DNA of 64,000 bases from Felis catus. Its lineage: Eukaryota. A program made the translations under genes and the position numbers. The stretch lies in the NCBI RefSeq assembly GCF_018350175.1, contig NC_058368.1:171060001-171124000 (forward strand). Reading direction: 5' to 3'. Under the pieces are notes generated by a model. It was not told where the DNA came from. It made no database searches and saw only the letters and a list, made by a program, of their open reading frames with translations. How positions within the stretch are numbered: the first letter of the stretch is position 1; each line of letters begins with the position of its first letter. This document shows positions 62,031 through 64,000 of this stretch, piece after piece.

Positions 62031-64000
62031 AACCTACTTCCTTTCCCCTGAGCCATATCCTGTTTGTGTATTACATGGCTCAGCATCAGTCAGTTCTCTG
62101 AGTTCCTTATGTCAAGAATTACGCATGCAGCTTTACACAGAGCCCAACTCCTTATTTATTTCATCATGATGTAGGTTTTTTCCACAATCCATTACATTTC
62201 TTAATTTGCTAATGCATTTGACCCCATTTCTCGAAATGGGCACTAATTTCTTAGAAATACTTTACAAATTTGTTTTTATTTGTTTGTTTGTTTTGCTGTG
62301 ACACTCATCCTCGGGAGCAGATAGAGATTTCTTGAAAAAGGCTGACAAGTAGCATATTCTTTAGCATCTTGCAAAGCCCTGTGATGGAGCCCTCTCAAAT
62401 AAAGTTTGTTGTTCGAGTGTTAATAAATGTAAAATACCTTCAGAGCTAGTTCAATAGCGTATTGTTTCTGGAGAAAGTTCTTTGATTATCTAGGATAAGT
62501 TCACAATGGCAACATCTCCTTCAGTATTACAATATGTTTTTATCCTTTTAATGGTCCTAGACTATCAGGGAGGAGCATCATTTACACTATATGGAAACTC
62601 CTTGATTTAAAATCCTTCACTGCTTACAGCATATATGTCCAGAAAATATTAGATAAGTAAATTAATGAAAAGAGGAATATCTTTCCATTTTCTTTCTCAG
62701 ATTCTGTGTAGAATAATCTCTGTTCGCTTGGTTGCAAAGTGGTTGAATAGGGTCAGTTTATTGTTTCGTTGTGGTATCTCTCAGCCAGCCCAGGGGCAAG
62801 AGGAGTAATCAGACTTCTCAAGGACCTGGAAGCAGGAACTAGACGGCTTTGGGGAACCATATTTCTTTCTCTAGTTCTGGAAGCCAAATAGATTGCATCC
62901 GCGTCAAATCTTTTAGCATCTACTTTGGGCTTCTGCCTCAGCTGACAGGTTTGCTCTGCCTTGCTCAGATTTTTTGAGCTATTATCTTTTAGTCCTGTCC
63001 CATTGTTCTGCAGAAACCATCTGATTGCATTAGTCCAAGCCAGTGGGCACCATGATCCATTCAGCTGCAGGCAGGTGTGTGGGATGACAGGGTCCCCACC
63101 CTCTCAGCAGGGCTGTGGGAGTGGAGAGGAGTGAGCCCAGGGAGACTTGCTAAGAGGATCAGGGGAGCAGTGAGGACCTGACTATGGTGAAAAGAGTTAC
63201 AATTTGTAATATAGCTGCCATGTGGGAAGCAATATTCTTCCAGAATCTGCCTATTTAGGGACGATGCAGAGAGCATCTTTATCATATTTAGATGTTTCCA
63301 TAAAGGCCTCTCTTGAGTCAATCTATTTCTGAAAGTTCACAGGATTTAAGGATAGGCTTTGGAATTGGGCTATAGGAGAGAGGACAAAAGTGGGATTTAC
63401 CTATTTGATTTAGATTTTAATGGAGACTTGAAGGCTTCTAGATTGTAGGATGATTTTTGCCTCAGAAGCTCTGTGCTTAGGCATATTTATAATGTCTGAG
63501 GCTGGAGCTCTCCCTGAATGTTTTGGAAATCAGAAATGGAAAACTTAAGTGGATAGTGCTGGCTGCAATTCAATGCATGCTAGTGCAATGCAGAGGGGGG
63601 AATGTTATTTAAAACCACAACTGAATGTAGCAACTTCTGCCTTTTCCATGGAGAAGACAGGGGTGGGAATAGGGAATAATTCATACAGCTGAAGGATTGA
63701 ATCTCTTCACTGCTCCTTCCCCTCACACAAGGAGGTGGAGGAGGGAGAAAAGGTGAGGCTGAGATTTAGACGGCCTGTGTGGTTTAGCAGAATACATTAG
63801 TGGGTCTTTGCACAGACAGAGTCTATCTCCTGAGTGCAGGGTATGGAGATTCAGTGCAGCCAAGGTGAAATACTACTTTTTGTGAGAAAATGGAAGGTAT
63901 TTTAAAGTTTTTACTCCTGAGAGGGAAGAGGCAGACAAAGAAACAGGGAAATAGGGAGAGAGAAAGCCCTGGAACACAGCAAAGGGTCCATAGAGCTTTT

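Noticed and set aside
62223..62240. Inverted repeat cccatttc-tc-gaaatggg
   Set aside because: A single 8-bp-arm palindrome with no supporting context is expected by chance.
1..64000. CRISPR arrays, operons, rRNA or other prokaryotic/viral systems
   Set aside because: The sequence is clearly mammalian nuclear DNA. I saw no regularly spaced repeat-spacer array, rRNA or intact retroviral ORF.

Overview
Mammalian genomic DNA from a felid: it carries many tRNA-derived CAN-SINEs of the SINEC_Fc type and carnivore L1 3' ends, but the species cannot be fixed from this window. The window holds one protein-coding gene, NREP (P311/C5orf13), on the minus strand. Its parts are a CpG-island promoter at about 42.9-43.85 kb with several candidate non-coding first exons, a 42-nt 5'UTR exon (42538-42579), an exon ending exactly in the ATG (41139-41202), a 78-nt coding exon (20599-20676) and a terminal exon (CDS 16208-16333, then a 3'UTR of about 1.6 kb to about 14590). 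The spliced CDS encodes the 68-aa protein MVYYPELSVWVSQEPFPNKEMEGRLPKGSLPVPKEVNRKKDDKIEAASLTPLGSSELHSPGISYLHSF. The most notable element is non-coding: a near-perfect miR-29b site in the 3'UTR (15653-15672) with the architecture of the known Nrep/libra target-directed miRNA degradation (TDMD) trigger. Observations I do not know to be described include an 11-bp perfect hairpin that forms only across the last exon junction, a possible second 3'-paired site (miR-503) lying between two poly(A) signals, an 11-nt miR-29 match and a candidate micro-exon on the antisense strand, and inverted (GT)n/(CA)n tracts bracketing the alternative first exons. The rest is interspersed repeats (SINEC, L1, MaLR LTRs, a roughly 2.7-kb hAT-Charlie fossil, MITEs, MIR/L2/CR1) and microsatellites. 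Repeat family names, miRNA sequences and orthologue sequences are recalled from memory, not searched, and the boundaries of old repeats are approximate.
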